Positions 24,918 through 38,271 of a stretch of DNA of 64,000 nt are shown here, piece after piece. Each line of letters begins with the position of its first letter. The stretch's first letter is position 1. The DNA comes from Podarcis melisellensis (Eukaryota). The stretch lies in the NCBI GenBank assembly GCA_964234715.1, contig OZ174278.1. One strand, 5' to 3'. Below the pieces are notes generated by a model. It saw only the letters and a list, made by a program, of their open reading frames with translations, was not told where the DNA came from and did not search any database. The position numbers were made by a program, and so were the translations under genes.

Positions 24918-25055
24918 TAGCCTTTCTCAACCTGTGGGTCCCCAGATGTTGTTTAACTACAACTCCCATCACCCCTAGCTAGCAAGGCCAGAGCTCAGGG
25001 ATGATGGGAGTTGTAGTCCAACAACATCTGGGGACCCACGGGTTGAAAACCGCTG
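24918..25055. mobile_element. Palindromic hAT MITE
   Basis: 8-bp TSD CCCTATCC at 24910-24917 and 25056-25063; actacaactcccatc/gatgggagttgtagt arms. Confidence 0.88.
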
Positions 25056-25318
25056 CCCTATCCCCTTGTCATTCTCTGTCACCCTACGAGTACTTACGAC
25101 ACCAAACTCTCTGTCCCAATCCTCAGCTTGCCCTGGTGTGTCCCAGTCCCAGCTACACCCCTTGCAGGGATCCTTTCTCTCCTTTTCCTCCTCCCCATTG
25201 TTCTTCCGGTTCATGACAAACAGCATGTCATCAGGTCCCATAACTCCCAGGAGCCATTTTCAATATGCATGGTAATGGGTGCCCTGCACACTAGCTACAC
25301 CTCTAGGTGGCTGGCATT

Positions 25319-25509
25319 NNNNNNNNNNNNNNNNNNNNNNNNNNNNNNNNNNNNNNNNNNNNNNNNNNNNNNNNNNNNNNNNNNNNNNNNNNNNNNNNNN
25401 NNNNNNNNNNNNNNNNNNNNNNNNNNNNNNNNNNNNNNNNNNNNNNNNNNNNNNNNNNNNNNNNNNNNNNNNNNNNNNNNNNNNNNNNNNNNNNNNNNNN
25501 NNNNNNNNN
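25319..25509. other. Assembly gap (N run)
   Basis: Run of N. Confidence 1.
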
Positions 25510-26143
25510 ATGGAATCTGGCAGAACTGAGGATTCTAAGGTGGAACAACATCTGATCCAACAGTGCACATTGGGTGATCCAGCCTTGGAAGGTGAGTTTA
25601 TCAAATTCCTCCCCATCCCTATGTGACAGTCACCCCTGTGGGCAGTACTAGGCTAGCTTAGGGAGGGCAGGCTGTCCTCCAATAGCTTTCTGCCACTTTG
25701 CACCTCCCCGAATCCATGGCTTTAGCCAACTGCATAATCATGCCCAATGGATGGAGCTTGTCTTAATAGCTGTGTGGATCCATGAAAGTGTTTTTTTTCT
25801 TTTCACCGGGGAGTGAACAGCTGCTGTAATGCATGTTTGGTGACATATTTTTGATGGAGGAAAAAAGAAATGATGATACCTTCCCACTGAAAATAGTCAT
25901 GTAGGGTAGAAAGCTCAAAGTTTTTGTTTGTGTCTGTGGGTTTATAGAAGCCAAAGTGTTGTATCTTTCCTGTACATTCAGAATCAAACATAATCATCCA
26001 GACTTATTTCAACATTACAAAAGAACCTGAATTTTGTGCTGGGATGACATGAAATCAATGGATTAGCTTCGCAAGCTGAGCAGTCAAGAATCAGGAGTGT
26101 CTTGGTCCCAACTGAAATAAGCACTTGCTGATGAGCAACTCAG

Positions 26144-26511
26144 GGATGTGGGTGGCACTGTGGTCTAAATCACTGAGCCTAGGGCTTGCCGATCGGAAGG
26201 TCGGCGGTTCGAATCCCCACAATGGGGTGAGCTCCCATTGCTCAGTCCCAGCTCCTGCCCACCTAGTAGTTCGTAAGCATGTCAAAGTGCAAGTAGATAA
26301 AAAGGTACCGCACCAGTGGGAAGGTAAACGGTGTTTCAGTGTGCTGCTCTGGTTTCGCCAGAAGCGGCTTAGTCATGTTGGCCACAAAACCTGGAAAAAC
26401 TGTCTGCGGACAAACGTCGGCTCCCTCGGCCAGTAAAGCGAGATAAGCGCCACAACCCCAGCGTCGTTCATGACTGGACTTAACTGTCAGGGGTCCTTTA
26501 CCTTTACCTTT
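26144..26511 (+). mobile_element. Full-length Sauria SINE
   Basis: tRNA-derived head with B-box ggttcgaatccc; (ACCTTT)n tail; TSD agcaactcag at 26134-26143 and 26515-26524. Confidence 0.93.
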
Positions 26512-26671
26512 ATTAGCAACTCAGATGGATTTCAATTGGATTTAGTCATACCATTCTCTGGACTGTGATCACAGACATTCAGGCTTCCCAGGTTCTTTGA
26601 AGCAGAAACAGGGTGGAAGGATATTCTTGTAAATAGATGTTATTTAATGAAACAATAAAATGTCATTTTCT

Positions 26672-26867
26672 TTTATTCGTGAATATGGTGCAATTGAGAT
26701 GTATAACACTTCATATAATAGCTTTATAAACAGTAAACAGTAGCAACAGTATGGGGAAATTCGCTCTCTTCCCCATTCCTGCCCATTCCATTTTGTGACA
26801 CAGCCCCTCCCTATAAACATAGACATGACAAGAAATGAAGACTCAGCTCCTCCTTTTCACGTTTATT
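26672..26867 (-). terminator. LSAMP: Tandem distal poly(A) signals for LSAMP (AATAAA at 26862-26867 and 26672-26677)
   Basis: Each is followed on the minus strand by a CA dinucleotide and a U/GU-rich tract (tttcttgtcatgtctatgttt; ttttattgtttc). Confidence 0.6.
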
Positions 26868-29800
26868 TCGTTTTTGTTTTTTTGTGGGTTTTTTTTAAGA
26901 CCACAGAAAGAGCAGAGCATTCATAGATGTAAATAAACAGAGACACAAAAACAGAAGTTAAATACATTGAGAAAAGAAAAAAAGAAAAAAAGCTTTTGTC
27001 ATTTTTTGTTTTTACACACACACTGCGCTTTTAAAAATTTTCTTCCACAGACCTAGGTTTGTTTGTTTGTTGAAAAACTGACAGAAACAAAACAAAACAA
27101 AACAAAACAAAACAGAATGGCCGTGTTTTCGTTTTCATTAAAGAGAAGTTCAGATCATGTCTACGGTGCTGGGGAAAAATATATATAAAGATATAGATAT
27201 ATATATATATTTATATGTATATAACACTGTTAATGAGGAGAATTCTAACTGCCCAGCAGTGCAGCAAGAAGGGACTGAATATTCTCCCCGAGACCCAAAG
27301 GAAAAATTTGGCTGCAGATGGGGGAATGGGAAAGGCCGGTAGTTGCTGGAGACAACTTTACCACCCTCTCCCTGCCCTGGTCTGCATAACCCTTTTCTTG
27401 TTAGCAGGAGCTCACCACAAGCCACAAAGCTTATGACTTTTATTATACAGCACGTCCAGCAAGTCTGTATCAGGTTGCATGTGCCATGGGGGAAGGTGGA
27501 GAAGGTGGGCGAGGTAATGGGGTGGTCATAGTTCAGGAAGCAGAAGGGGTTGTGTGGTGGGATCTGCATGTGTCGCCGTGCAAGTGCATGTCTGCCTTTG
27601 ACCAAAGTGGGGAGCAAATGAAACAACTTCAGAAGAAGGAAAACACTCTAGTTTGAGATAGGCTTTCAGTGAAAAGGAGTTAGGTGGCCATGTTCCTTGC
27701 ATATTGTTGTTCCATGTAGGTTATGGTTGTTTCACATAGGGTTGGATCTAGATGACATTTGTTGTCCTTAAGTCTCATTAAAATGAATGGGACAAGTTAA
27801 ACCATGACTCAACAGAAGTCCGATTAATTTCAGTGGGATCTAACACTCTGGATCCAACCCTTAGGAGTTAATTGAGCTACTAGGAATTAAAGAAGCAACC
27901 AAGGCAGAGGACATATTTCTAACCCCACAAGTCACTTTCACAGGAGATGCTCGATACTTTTTGAATTTCCTGCAACCCTATCAAGATATCGCACTGAGCG
28001 GCATTTTATATTTTATTTTATTTTACATTTTCATTTCACCCTTTCGTCAAAGAACTCAGGGTGGTATCTATTGTACCTGGCATACATGAACAGGGCAGTG
28101 TGCATGGTTAATTCACAAGGCCAATTGCTTTGCACACTTAATTATATACCTTTATTTCCAGGAACTAGCATCTGAATTCAAGATGGCTTTTTGTTTACCA
28201 TGTCATCTACATTTAAAAATGTAGGGTGGGGTAGGATGCATTCTGTAGCATAACTTGTGAAGGTTTCTTTTGTGGTGCTTGGAGGATGGCATCTCAATTA
28301 ACTGATGGCACCACATCACTTAGGGGAAATAAGTTCTGCATTGACTGGTTCCGTTGACGTGCTTGGTGGACAACCTTGCCTTGGACTGGCTCAAGTCATT
28401 CCTGTCCTTCTAACATGTGACCTTCCTTCTCTACCACCACTGGCTAATTACTTCTCAAGAGAGGAAGATGCCTTTCACAGATTCTGGTTTATTTGCTAAG
28501 ATTAACATCCACAGTAATAACTAAGCATTTAAAGATATCACATTTTCCCACCAGGATCACTGTATGTCTTCAGATCTTTAAAGGGACAGATAAATGCAGC
28601 CTCTCTGAAATACACATACTTGTCATTCACAAGAGGGGGAAATTCTCTATGTAGCCCATGAACAGATGGCATCCTTATATATCTCTATAAACAAACAAAC
28701 AAAAACTTGGGTATTTCCTTTCCCTCTCCCCTCTTCAATCACCTTTTGTTAATGCATATGCATGCAAGGGTTACAGTCTTGCATAGTTGTTGTTTTTTTT
28801 AAAGTCACTGAACACCTGACCAAAATTTTATTCTCCAGAAACCACATGCTTTCCACTTCAAAAACCTTTCCGATCATCATTCCTGTGAAAGATTTATTTC
28901 CACGTTTCTGTGAATTTGAAGCAAGAGTGAAATATATATTCCCTCTCAAAAGGGAGACTGAAAGCGTCCATATCTCACATCCCACAAGGAACAACCCAGA
29001 AATTTACATTCACAGGACACCTGGATGTTTGTAGTTTGGTGTGATATCAGGTGCAATGAGGACGTCAACTGTGGCACTCGTTGGAGTTAGAACTGTTGCA
29101 GCAGATTGTACTAGCAAGTGTACAGAAGGAGTTATGTCCTTTCCATTCACTTGGAATCTTTCATGAGAAGGTGTAAAGGAATTACAGTACATGATGATGT
29201 ATGGAGGTCTCCTTTGGTGTGGCTGAAAGCAAAGGCATCTCAGCCTGTCTCTGCCCCCGTTATTCAATGTTCATTAATCCCCTGAAAACGCTGGTGTGGC
29301 CTCAAATATTATATGTCTTTTTTTTTCATGATCTAGAGGCATGATGAAAACGATGACATTTGCTTAGTTAATACTGAATTAAAGGCATAAAAACTTAACT
29401 TCCACTGAAGTCATTGCCCAAACTCCCATTGCCTTCATTGGCGTCAAAACTGTATCCTTGACTTTCAGAAGTGGTACCACTTAAAAGGATAAATATGCAC
29501 ACAACATGTTAGGGAGAGAGCTTTTGATTTGTGATCTACAAACTCCAAGGCTGTGGGCTGGAAATAATCAAGCTGTCAAGGTACACAGTGACCCTCAGAC
29601 CTACCTCCTTGGTAGTTTAAAGGCATATGTAGCTGACTCTTTTGCTGCATAGCAAGACACATACAAATGATGGTGCGCTCCAATCATGCTTGGAGTTCAC
29701 ATATTCCAAGATGGCTGCCTCCATGCTCTCTTGGTATGCTGTGGAAGAGGCAAGCCTCCCACTCCTTTTAAGCCTCAGTCACTTGGGGAAAGGTTAGAAA

Positions 29801-32800
29801 TCTGCTAGCAAGTAATGGGTCATCTTAAAACCTAAGTGTTTCTTCCTTTGCATGGATGTTACAGGACATTTCATGTCACTCTTGTATATTTACAAACTTG
29901 TAGAAGAAATACAATCTTTTTTTTTGTATTTTTGTTTTTATAACACTAAATGTTAAACTTCCATCAATCAAACACGATTACACCTACAGTCTTGAGGAAC
30001 TGGTGTCCCCTTCTGAATCACCACGCAGGCACGGTGACAGGCTGTAGCTTTTTTTTTTTTTAGGGCTGTGAGGGGGGGAAGGAAACAGAGAAGCAGGGAC
30101 CACACGAGAGGAAAGAGTGGAAACACCATAATGCCCCACCATAAAGTTACTTGCTCTTTCTGACTCCCGGGAACACCTGGTGGCCTTAATGAAAAACAAA
30201 GCAAAAGTGTTCAGGCGCCAGTGAGGACTGAGGATGTTCAGTTCTTCTCAGGAAGCACAAAAGCAACATTTGAGTTTCCAGAGTAGGGACAAAAAACTAA
30301 ATAATATTCCTCCAAAACAAGTACCACCCGCCATTCTCTCATTAACTAGAGAATGCTAAAAGCTTTGTGACTCCCATGCAAGCTTTCTTTGAAAGTGCCT
30401 CTGAATACTTTCATATTACACAGAGGAGAAGCTTGGGCATAGAACAGATAAAAGTGTTGGCCAAGGTGCCATGATGAGTCAGTGGCAGAGGGCCTGGGGA
30501 ATTTTGATTCCTACTCCTTTCTTCCAGCCATGAAGTCTGGCAGTTTTCTCCTGTTTCCTGCTTCAGCCCATCTTCTCCTGTTTAAGGAAAACCCTGTGTT
30601 TTTGTGTTTTTGTTTTTTTTTGTTATTTTACAAGTATACCTTAAAAAACATAAGATTTGAGTCTTCTTTTCCTAAAAAACACACATTGCTGCCAGTAGCA
30701 CAGTGTTTATCAGCAACTCTACAATAACCAAACAGTGCATTCAGCCCAACACTTATGTGAATGACCCAAACAAAGCAAAGCTAAAGAGCAGATATGGCAT
30801 TGACACAGAAGAACAATGTTAGTGATGAGGGATTCTGCACTTTGGGGGCGGGGGGATGAATGTGGTTTAGCTTCTTTCCCAATAGACCAGAGGTTCTACT
30901 GGGTTGGTGCGCTCACATCCCAAAAGTCCTGACAAAGGGATGAGAAGAGCCAACAATGATGAGAATCACCAAAGCAGAAGCTTAACTCCATTCTAGGAGC
31001 AGATGTATGGCTTGCAGTCACCAAGTCACACAAAGACTTAAGTCTTGCTTGCTCATCATGGTTTTCAGTCAATACCTCCAGGTATTTCTGCAGGTGCACT
31101 GGTGGTTCTGATATCACTGAATTATCCATTATTCCAGTTGTCCTTCACCTTGACTTTCTTAATATCTGACCAGCGTTGGAAGGAACAGATACATCACAAG
31201 ATGCTCTTTTCAGTTCCTAAGCTATCTCCCTTCCTAGCTGAAATTTCTTTTGTCCGCAAATATTTTCTGGGTATCCAAATACCTCTCTTAATATCATTGT
31301 TTAGGAGGGGGTGGCAGGGAAGCTGGCATGGCCCACTTATCTGCCTCTCCTCTCTGCATTGTGTTGGAACACAGCTGTAGAATTCACCATGAGTGGAGAC
31401 TGGGACTCCTATGAGGACTCCAAGGCTGTCCTTATAGCACATTTACCAGTCCTGGTTTCTCCCAGGACTCATCATTTTAAACAACAGTTACTAGGGATGA
31501 AGCTTTAAATCACAGGGAAAAGAGCCATGGGTGCTCTTGAGTTGCAAAAGTCACCAGAAAGTGAATTTTCCCTTCATTTTTGGGCTGGTAAAATAGCATC
31601 TTTTCACAGTAAAATTATCCAGATTGTGAAAAATGCTAAAAGTAAATTGTGGGCTTATTTCAGAAGGCCATATCACAGAAGGACCACTTCGCTATGGCAA
31701 AGTGAAGGGGGAAAGTGATCTTCTGACAACTTTTCTGCATGAAAAAAATGGATTGCAAACCAGCCACTAGGGATGAGGAAATGGAATTTGTATCCTTGGC
31801 CAGGGACCAAGCCACAATGGTAGTCAAGTACATCCAAGCACCCTTTTCTCTTCCTCTCCCCCCTACATTGGAGAAGAGAAGTAAGTGTGTGTGTGTATTT
31901 GGATCCCTACTTTTACCCCCCCCCCGCCCCGGATCCTACATTTCCAGCTGGAATGAGCAAGGGGTTAAAACAGAACAATAATATATTTCTCACTTGAAAC
32001 CCAGAGAGAAATCTGCCCCCATCCCCAACTATTTTATCTCAAGTTCCTGGTATTCTGGACTTCCTTTGTTATTATGAAATGAATCCTTCCTGACTCCTAT
32101 CTTGAGCTACTGAATCCCTATACTATATTATTTGTTTTATTTATTTCGCTTATTCATCACCTTTCACAAAATTTTAGAAGGCAATGCAGAATAACTAAAA
32201 TACAAATTACAGATACAATTCTATCAGTTGTAGAGGGTTGCTGCTATTGCGTTTTAAAAATTTGAATATTTCATATTTTGTGTGCATTATTTATTTCATT
32301 GAGACTTTTTGTATGAGGCAATTAATTTCTTAATGAACTAATTAATTATATAGGGAATCATATATCTGACTTCTGGCAAGTTTCAGTACCAGTAGTGTTG
32401 GGAAGGATAAGTTGTTTCAGGTCTGAAAATAAAACTCATTGACAAATTTCTCTTTAAAGCTCAGGGTAGAGGGGCATTTTACATGCAAATGTGCAATAAA
32501 ATCCCAGCAGCTGCTTCTTGTATGGTGGGGGAAAAAACAGATTCAGAAGGAGCAATTTGGAGTAGAGAACCAGTGGGATACTCAACACTTCCCTCATCCA
32601 TCACTTTCCCACTTAAAATCACATCCCCAGAGTCATTTCCTCCTATGCAGTTACACATGTGTTTTTACTCTCATGATCATGGGCGGATTTCATTGCATGC
32701 ATTTATATGTATAAGCCTGGCAAATAATCCCTATCCCTTGCTACTAGATATTTATGCCATTTCTGTAAACAACATACTACCAGAAGCCATGGCAAGTGAG

Positions 32801-32884
32801 CCAACCCACAATCCAAGCAAAAGGAAGCATTTTTGCTGGCGCAATTAAAACCAGCCCAAGTCACAGTGGATTTTTTTTCACCCA

Positions 32885-32889
<5 letters not shown>

Positions 32890-32961
<72 letters not shown>
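32890..32961 (+). repeat. Compound (CT)n(CA)n microsatellite
   Basis: Seen directly. Confidence 0.95.
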
Positions 32962-32962
<1 letters not shown>

Positions 32963-33101
32963 ACCAGCACCTTTTTGAAGTGTTGGCCAAATCACTAGCA
33001 GTACTTTTGTTCAGACAGTTTTCAGAAAGCAGAATTTATGTGGAGTAATCCATTTGGGATGATCCAGCTTGGTGACCACATGACACTTAGGTTGCAATCC
33101 T

Positions 33102-33105
<4 letters not shown>

Positions 33106-33134
<29 letters not shown>
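33106..33134 (+). repeat. (GT)n microsatellite
   Basis: Seen directly. Confidence 0.95.
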
Positions 33135-33138
<4 letters not shown>

Positions 33139-35750
33139 GAAATGTGGTTTAATTACTTCAGCCAATACCCTACCAGGCTTTGCCAGAAGGATGGAAGTGA
33201 GGGAAGAGGCATCTTTTATATTGCTCCGTTTCTCAGATTTGTTTGCTTGTTAGTTTAACGTTTCTTCCCACTGTTTCCAAAGGGACAGAAAGTGGAGAGA
33301 GAAGTTTAGAGACTCTTGGAAGTTGACTGGGAGGGCTCAGGATCCTTCGGACCCCGGCTGCTTCTCAGCACAACCCCTATTGGCCCTTTCAACACTGGAG
33401 CTCTGATATCAGTCGGGTCAGAGCACTGAAGGAGCCGGTGCTGTCAGAGAGGGAGCCTCATCCCACTCCGAATTGTCCTCTTTGATGTTGAATCTCTGTG
33501 TGAGAAGTCAGATGGGTAGATCTGAGTTATCTCATGTGATGCCCTCCTAGGGACCATAGGCTTTCTGCCTTACCTGCGAAACAAAAGCATGAGGAGCAAT
33601 TTTCTATGTGAGTGACGAGGAAGTGCTCTCTCGCTCTCTCTGAAACTAAACTGTGGTTGGGAGATTCATTCTATCTGAGCAGCAGCAGCAGCAGTTTTTG
33701 CCTTTTTGCAAGGCACACAATGTGTGCATGTGGGAAGGATTGCTTTGTAAATTTATTTCTCGTCAGACCCATGCCACTGTAGCAAAATTCAGTGTTGGGT
33801 ATTCCCCAAGAGCTGAATGCTCTCTCCTGTCTGTATCTCACCCTCCAACCACCCCTTACTTCTCTGTTCTGCTTCCTACCTTTACAGAATACTAACTGTC
33901 TAACAGTAAATTGCAAGTCTTGGAAGGATGGTACTGAGAAGCCTGGATGGCTGCTTAATTGACTGCCTGAGTCTGCCCCAAACTGCAGACCTCAGCGAAA
34001 ATAAATCGCTAAAGCAGCAGGAGGGGATTCTGCCATGCTGTTGATCAAGGTGAGAGCTGTCTTGCTGTGTGGGCATGGAGCTACAGGGAGCTTTTTGTAA
34101 ACGGCTGGTACTCATTATAGTAAAAGGAAGGACTTAATGCATGTGTGAGAGCATGCATACACACATGTACACACACACACACACACACACTTTACATCTG
34201 TATTTCCAACCCGTAAATGACCACTTTTGCTAATACAGGAATTGCATCACAGGTTAGAACCACTCAGCTTCTACAACTGCTGATGGCACAGTTTAGTTAT
34301 ACTGATTTGAAATGATTGAGAAAAGGAGATATTTGTTGCTTAGCAATTCAGTGGAATGAAAACTATGGATGTGGAACTGGGCAATTTAGAAGAGTAGATT
34401 TCCCTTACGCAGTTCCTGCATCCCTCCCACTGCATCCTTGTAGATGAGGAATCTACAATTCCCCAAAGAGAAAGAAGCATTTATATCAATCTTAGTGTTG
34501 TTTTCCAGAACCCACCCCTTTTATGGACAAACTGAGACCATGCAATTGGATTGCACTTGTGAGGTCTAGCCAAATCTGTGGCTGGGGCAAAAGGCTGGTA
34601 CTTTTACCACGGGTTTGACAATAAGCTATGAAGGGCACTCGCTTTCCTTTAATCAACGCATGACATGGGCATATTATATTCATGTTATATTCCTGCTGCC
34701 AGTTACACTCGCAATTTCTAAAAATTACAGGCAGCCTCTTTGGGCCAGGAATTCATAAGTAGTTCAGCTTGCCCTTTCTAGGATATTTGGCATCTGGAAT
34801 GGGAATTACAGGCAACTGTTAGTTTCATATCTGCCCAATTTTCGATGACAAACCAGTGCAAGTAAAGTACTGAAATAAACAAAGGTGACTCAATTACTGA
34901 AAGATAAGGTTCCAACTCACACCAGGGATGCACAGACCCCTCTTAGTGACCTGGCTTGAGACAAACAATCTCTTCTCCATCTCCATCTGCAATTTATAAT
35001 GAGCGTCCAATTAATCTCCTGCACTTGGATTACTTCTGTGGTAGGAATGCCAAGAGCCAAGCACAGTAAAAAATAAAGGAGAAAAAGTTTACACTAAAAA
35101 AACACACCAAGTGGATAGTAGTTGCCTGTCAAACCTTTTTTCAAACTTCCTTTTGCAAGGAGACCTCTGCTCAGGTTTTGGGAGATGGCTTTCCTAAGTT
35201 TCAAACCATAGAAACTTTCTAAGTGTATTTCTGGTTATTTGAAGGGTATAAAGTCAAAATGGTGGTAGTAATAGAAATACTTTGTTCTTTCTGGCAGATT
35301 TCTATTTGTTTTTACCATAGTTATAAGAAAGTTGACTTTATAGAATTATGTATTGCTGAGTGTTGAGTGCACCCTCCTGAGATTTCTAATCAGAGGGGGA
35401 AAAAGATTGGAAAGCTGATCAGGCTCAAGGGTCATAATGGTTACTAACCACGAAATTAATAATTTTAGAACCACTGTGAGATAAAATCCCTACTGGAGAG
35501 GGTTGGTTTTTTTGCTTTCCTCTAGTCATCCTATGAAGTCTAAGATCTTCCAGTTACCAGGGTCACCTGACTTTGACCACATCTATTTCAGTTCACACAC
35601 AGAAAAGATGCCCACCAGTGCAAATTAATCATAGCAAAAAGGCTGGAGGATAAAGACCACCAAGGGATAGAGCAATGCTAGGGCTTTGTGTAGCCAAGCT
35701 ACACATGCTGTAAGTAGCAGTGGCTGGTGCAATATAATTTGCACCTACAA

Positions 35751-35886
35751 CAGGGTTTCCCAAACTTGGATCTCTAGCTGTTTTCAGACTACAGTTCCCA
35801 TCAACCCTGACCACTGGTTCTCCTAGCTAGGGATAATGGGAGTTGTAGTCCAACAGCAGCTGGAGACCCAAATTTGGGAAACTCTG
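35751..35886. mobile_element. Palindromic hAT MITE inside the inferred LSAMP 3'UTR
   Basis: TIR cagggtttcccaaacttgg/ccaaatttgggaaactctg; same family as 48614-48749; TSD degenerate. Confidence 0.85.
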
Positions 35887-36942
35887 ATCTGCAGGCTGCA
35901 GCAGTCTTTCTTCAGGAACTCTTCTCTTTGTCCTGAAGTTAATCTCTCTGGCTTCCTGGACCTTCTGATGAACCTCCTGGATTCTGTTGATTTCCCTCAT
36001 TTCTTTGACTCCAGACCACTGGTCTTTTATGCACAGAGCCTGCTTGGCTTTGACGAAGCCACTCAGCAGATCCTGATGCTGCCTTGCCTGAGGGCAGTGG
36101 ACAGAACAAGCCCTCTGGACAATGGGCTCTGCAGTTACAAGAAATTTACCAAACATTTGTCCACATTGTGAGATGTAATAGATCTAATCTCATTCAACCT
36201 TCTCTCATTCCAGACTTTGACACCCTCAAATCTTCATATAATTCATTCAGCAGCCTCTTTGGGACTTGGCTATCTATGGCCTTGGAGGCTCGCCAGTCCT
36301 GCTCTGATAAAAGCAAACTGAAGAGTTAAACAGGGACAATATATACGTTCCATTTGAAAGCTACCATGATGAATTCAGCTGGAGAACAGGAGAAGGCTAA
36401 GGACCAGCTCCTCAAAACTGGGATCACAAAAAGAAGTTGAGGCAAAATTTTGCTGGGGAAGACTTTGCTCATGTCCTTGCTCCCCTGCGTTCACATCCAA
36501 GCTAATGTTTGAACTCATGTACACAGCAAGTCATTATCTACAGCATGATGAGCTTATGTACACAGGGGCTGCCCCCTTTGCATGCTTTTGAGAGAGAGAC
36601 ACGCACACAGATACACCCATGCCTGCCCGTCTGTGAACACACACACACTTATGAGAGAAAGCGAGGCCTGTTAAGAACAAGAGGGCAGATGAGTAATGTT
36701 GGTATGTTTCGGCATAATCAAAACATTGTGGGCTTCAGGTACAAAGGAAAATACGGGAGAGCTTAATAGGGGAAGCAGCAAACAAAGGACCACATGGAGT
36801 TTCTTCATGGGACACCAGTAGCTACAGAAATTTGCATCACTGTTTGCCGGAAATCTGAAAAGGTTAAGTATCAATTTAAGAAATAAGCATGCCAATCAAA
36901 ATGTTGTGACTATCAACACCAAAGCAAAGGCCATCTATTTCC

Positions 36943-36999
36943 AGGAAGGAAGGAAGGAAGGAAGGAAGGAAGGAAGGAAGGAAGGAAGGAAGGAAGGAA
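36943..36999 (+). repeat. (GGAA)n microsatellite
   Basis: Seen directly. Confidence 0.95.
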
Positions 37000-37380
37000 T
37001 GATATGAGGGAATGGAGAGAATAACAATAATTTCATTGTTGATATTTCTTTTTTACAGCATCTTGGCATCCTTGGCAGGATCCAGTCTCCACAGAGTGAT
37101 CCATCTAGGCTTCCTTACTCCTGGGTGGTCAGTGACTTGACAGTTTGTTGGAATAAATGTTGCTGAATCTTCTTCACTGAAATTTCCCCCCTTTGTTGCG
37201 GTACACACATAAAATTGTGAAAGAAACTGTCCTTTCCCCCGTTCTCTCTCTCTCTCTCGCTCTCTCTCTTGCTCTGTCTCCTGTATGACACATAATTTTG
37301 TTTTGCTTTGTGTGTTGTTGTTCTTGTTGTTGCTGGGTTTTTTATATTTTTTTTTTCCTTTTTTTAAAATTCGGATGTTA

Positions 37381-37478
37381 TTAACATTTGCTGAGTAGGC
37401 AGAGCACGGAAGCTGCCAAGAGCCACAGTGGTACGGCCAGACACATTGATCCATTGCCTGCTATCCCTGTACCAGGTC
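37381..37478 (-). CDS. LSAMP: LSAMP terminal coding exon encoding the GPI-anchor signal, (R/G)[31 protein letters not shown]
   Basis: Minus-strand acceptor ttttttgtcttctttctctcatcccatag|GA (AG at 37479-37480); the translation aligns without gaps to the recalled human [32 protein letters not shown]; TAA at 37381-37383; GAP43-LSAMP synteny. Confidence 0.97.
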
Positions 37479-38039
37479 CTATGGGATGAGAGAAAGAAGA
37501 CAAAAAATAGGGGGTGGGGGATTACATACAAACTATACAAGAAGAGAAATACAAAAGAAAAACCACACTCTAGCAGATAAGGTCCGTCTCCCCTGCCCCT
37601 GTATTTTTTGTGTCTCCTGCCAGGAGAAATCAGAATGGGAGTAGTTAAGATGTGTTGCTCTTATTATTTATTATTGTTTATTAAATTTGTTAGTCACTTT
37701 AACTTACCCAAGGCAACCCAAAAATGCCTTTTAACCAATTCCAGAGATGAGAAGATATACGAAGGAGAGAGAAATGCCGTTGGGTGGAATTTGACATGAC
37801 AAATATTCCATTTGCATATGCATTGTCGCTTGCCAGACAGAACAACCCCCCTCTTCTTCCCACACATAATGTTCCAGGGGTTCTCAGACCAACTGGGGAC
37901 TGGAGAACTGCATCACAAAAACGGAAGTCCTTGCGCAGGGCTTCTGCCAACGGGGCTTGTTAAGTGAATCCTATCCATTATCTCCTTTTGGAGTCCAACC
38001 CCTCAATATTTTGAGCTCAGATTTGTATCCACATATATA

Positions 38040-38271
38040 CAGTGGTACCTCAGTTTTTGAATGTAATCCAGAAGACCATTTGAGTTGTGAAACGTTTGAA
38101 AACCAAAAACTCAATACGGAATACTCAATATGGAAAACTCAACATGGAAGCTGAGTGGCATGTTCGACTTCCGAAGCATGTTCGGAAACCGAAGCATTTA
38201 CTTCCAGGTTTACGGCGTTCAAAAAATGAAATGTTTGTCAATGAAGACATTTGAAAACTGAGGTACCACTG
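38040..38271. mobile_element. Tc1/mariner-type MITE
   Basis: TIR cagtggtacctcagtttt/aaaactgaggtaccactg; TA TSD. Confidence 0.9.

Larger units (their letters stand above)
26650..37380 (-). other. LSAMP: Inferred long LSAMP 3'UTR (~10.7 kb)
   Basis: Runs from the stop codon to minus-strand AATAAA signals at 26862-26867 and 26672-26677; U-rich UTR-like blocks at 26640-27250, 29850-30150 and 37200-37380; TE-poor compared with the flanks; mammalian LSAMP also has a multi-kb UTR. The end point is inferred. Confidence 0.65.

Noticed and set aside
25128-25626. ORFs spanning the first N run (likewise 38352-38732)
   Set aside because: Artefacts of translating assembly gaps
26144-26230. tRNA gene
   Set aside because: The B-box belongs to the Sauria SINE head; there is no complete cloverleaf
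35827-36171. 109/111-aa ORFs on both strands, with a charged, coiled-coil-looking stretch
   Set aside because: No recognisable homology, non-ATG starts, one end runs into a MITE, and the region lies within the inferred LSAMP UTR; a BLASTX hit would be needed to revive it
37053-37454. 133-aa minus-strand ORF over the LSAMP last exon
   Set aside because: Wrong frame; the true frame ends at TAA 37381-37383 and the rest is low-complexity UTR
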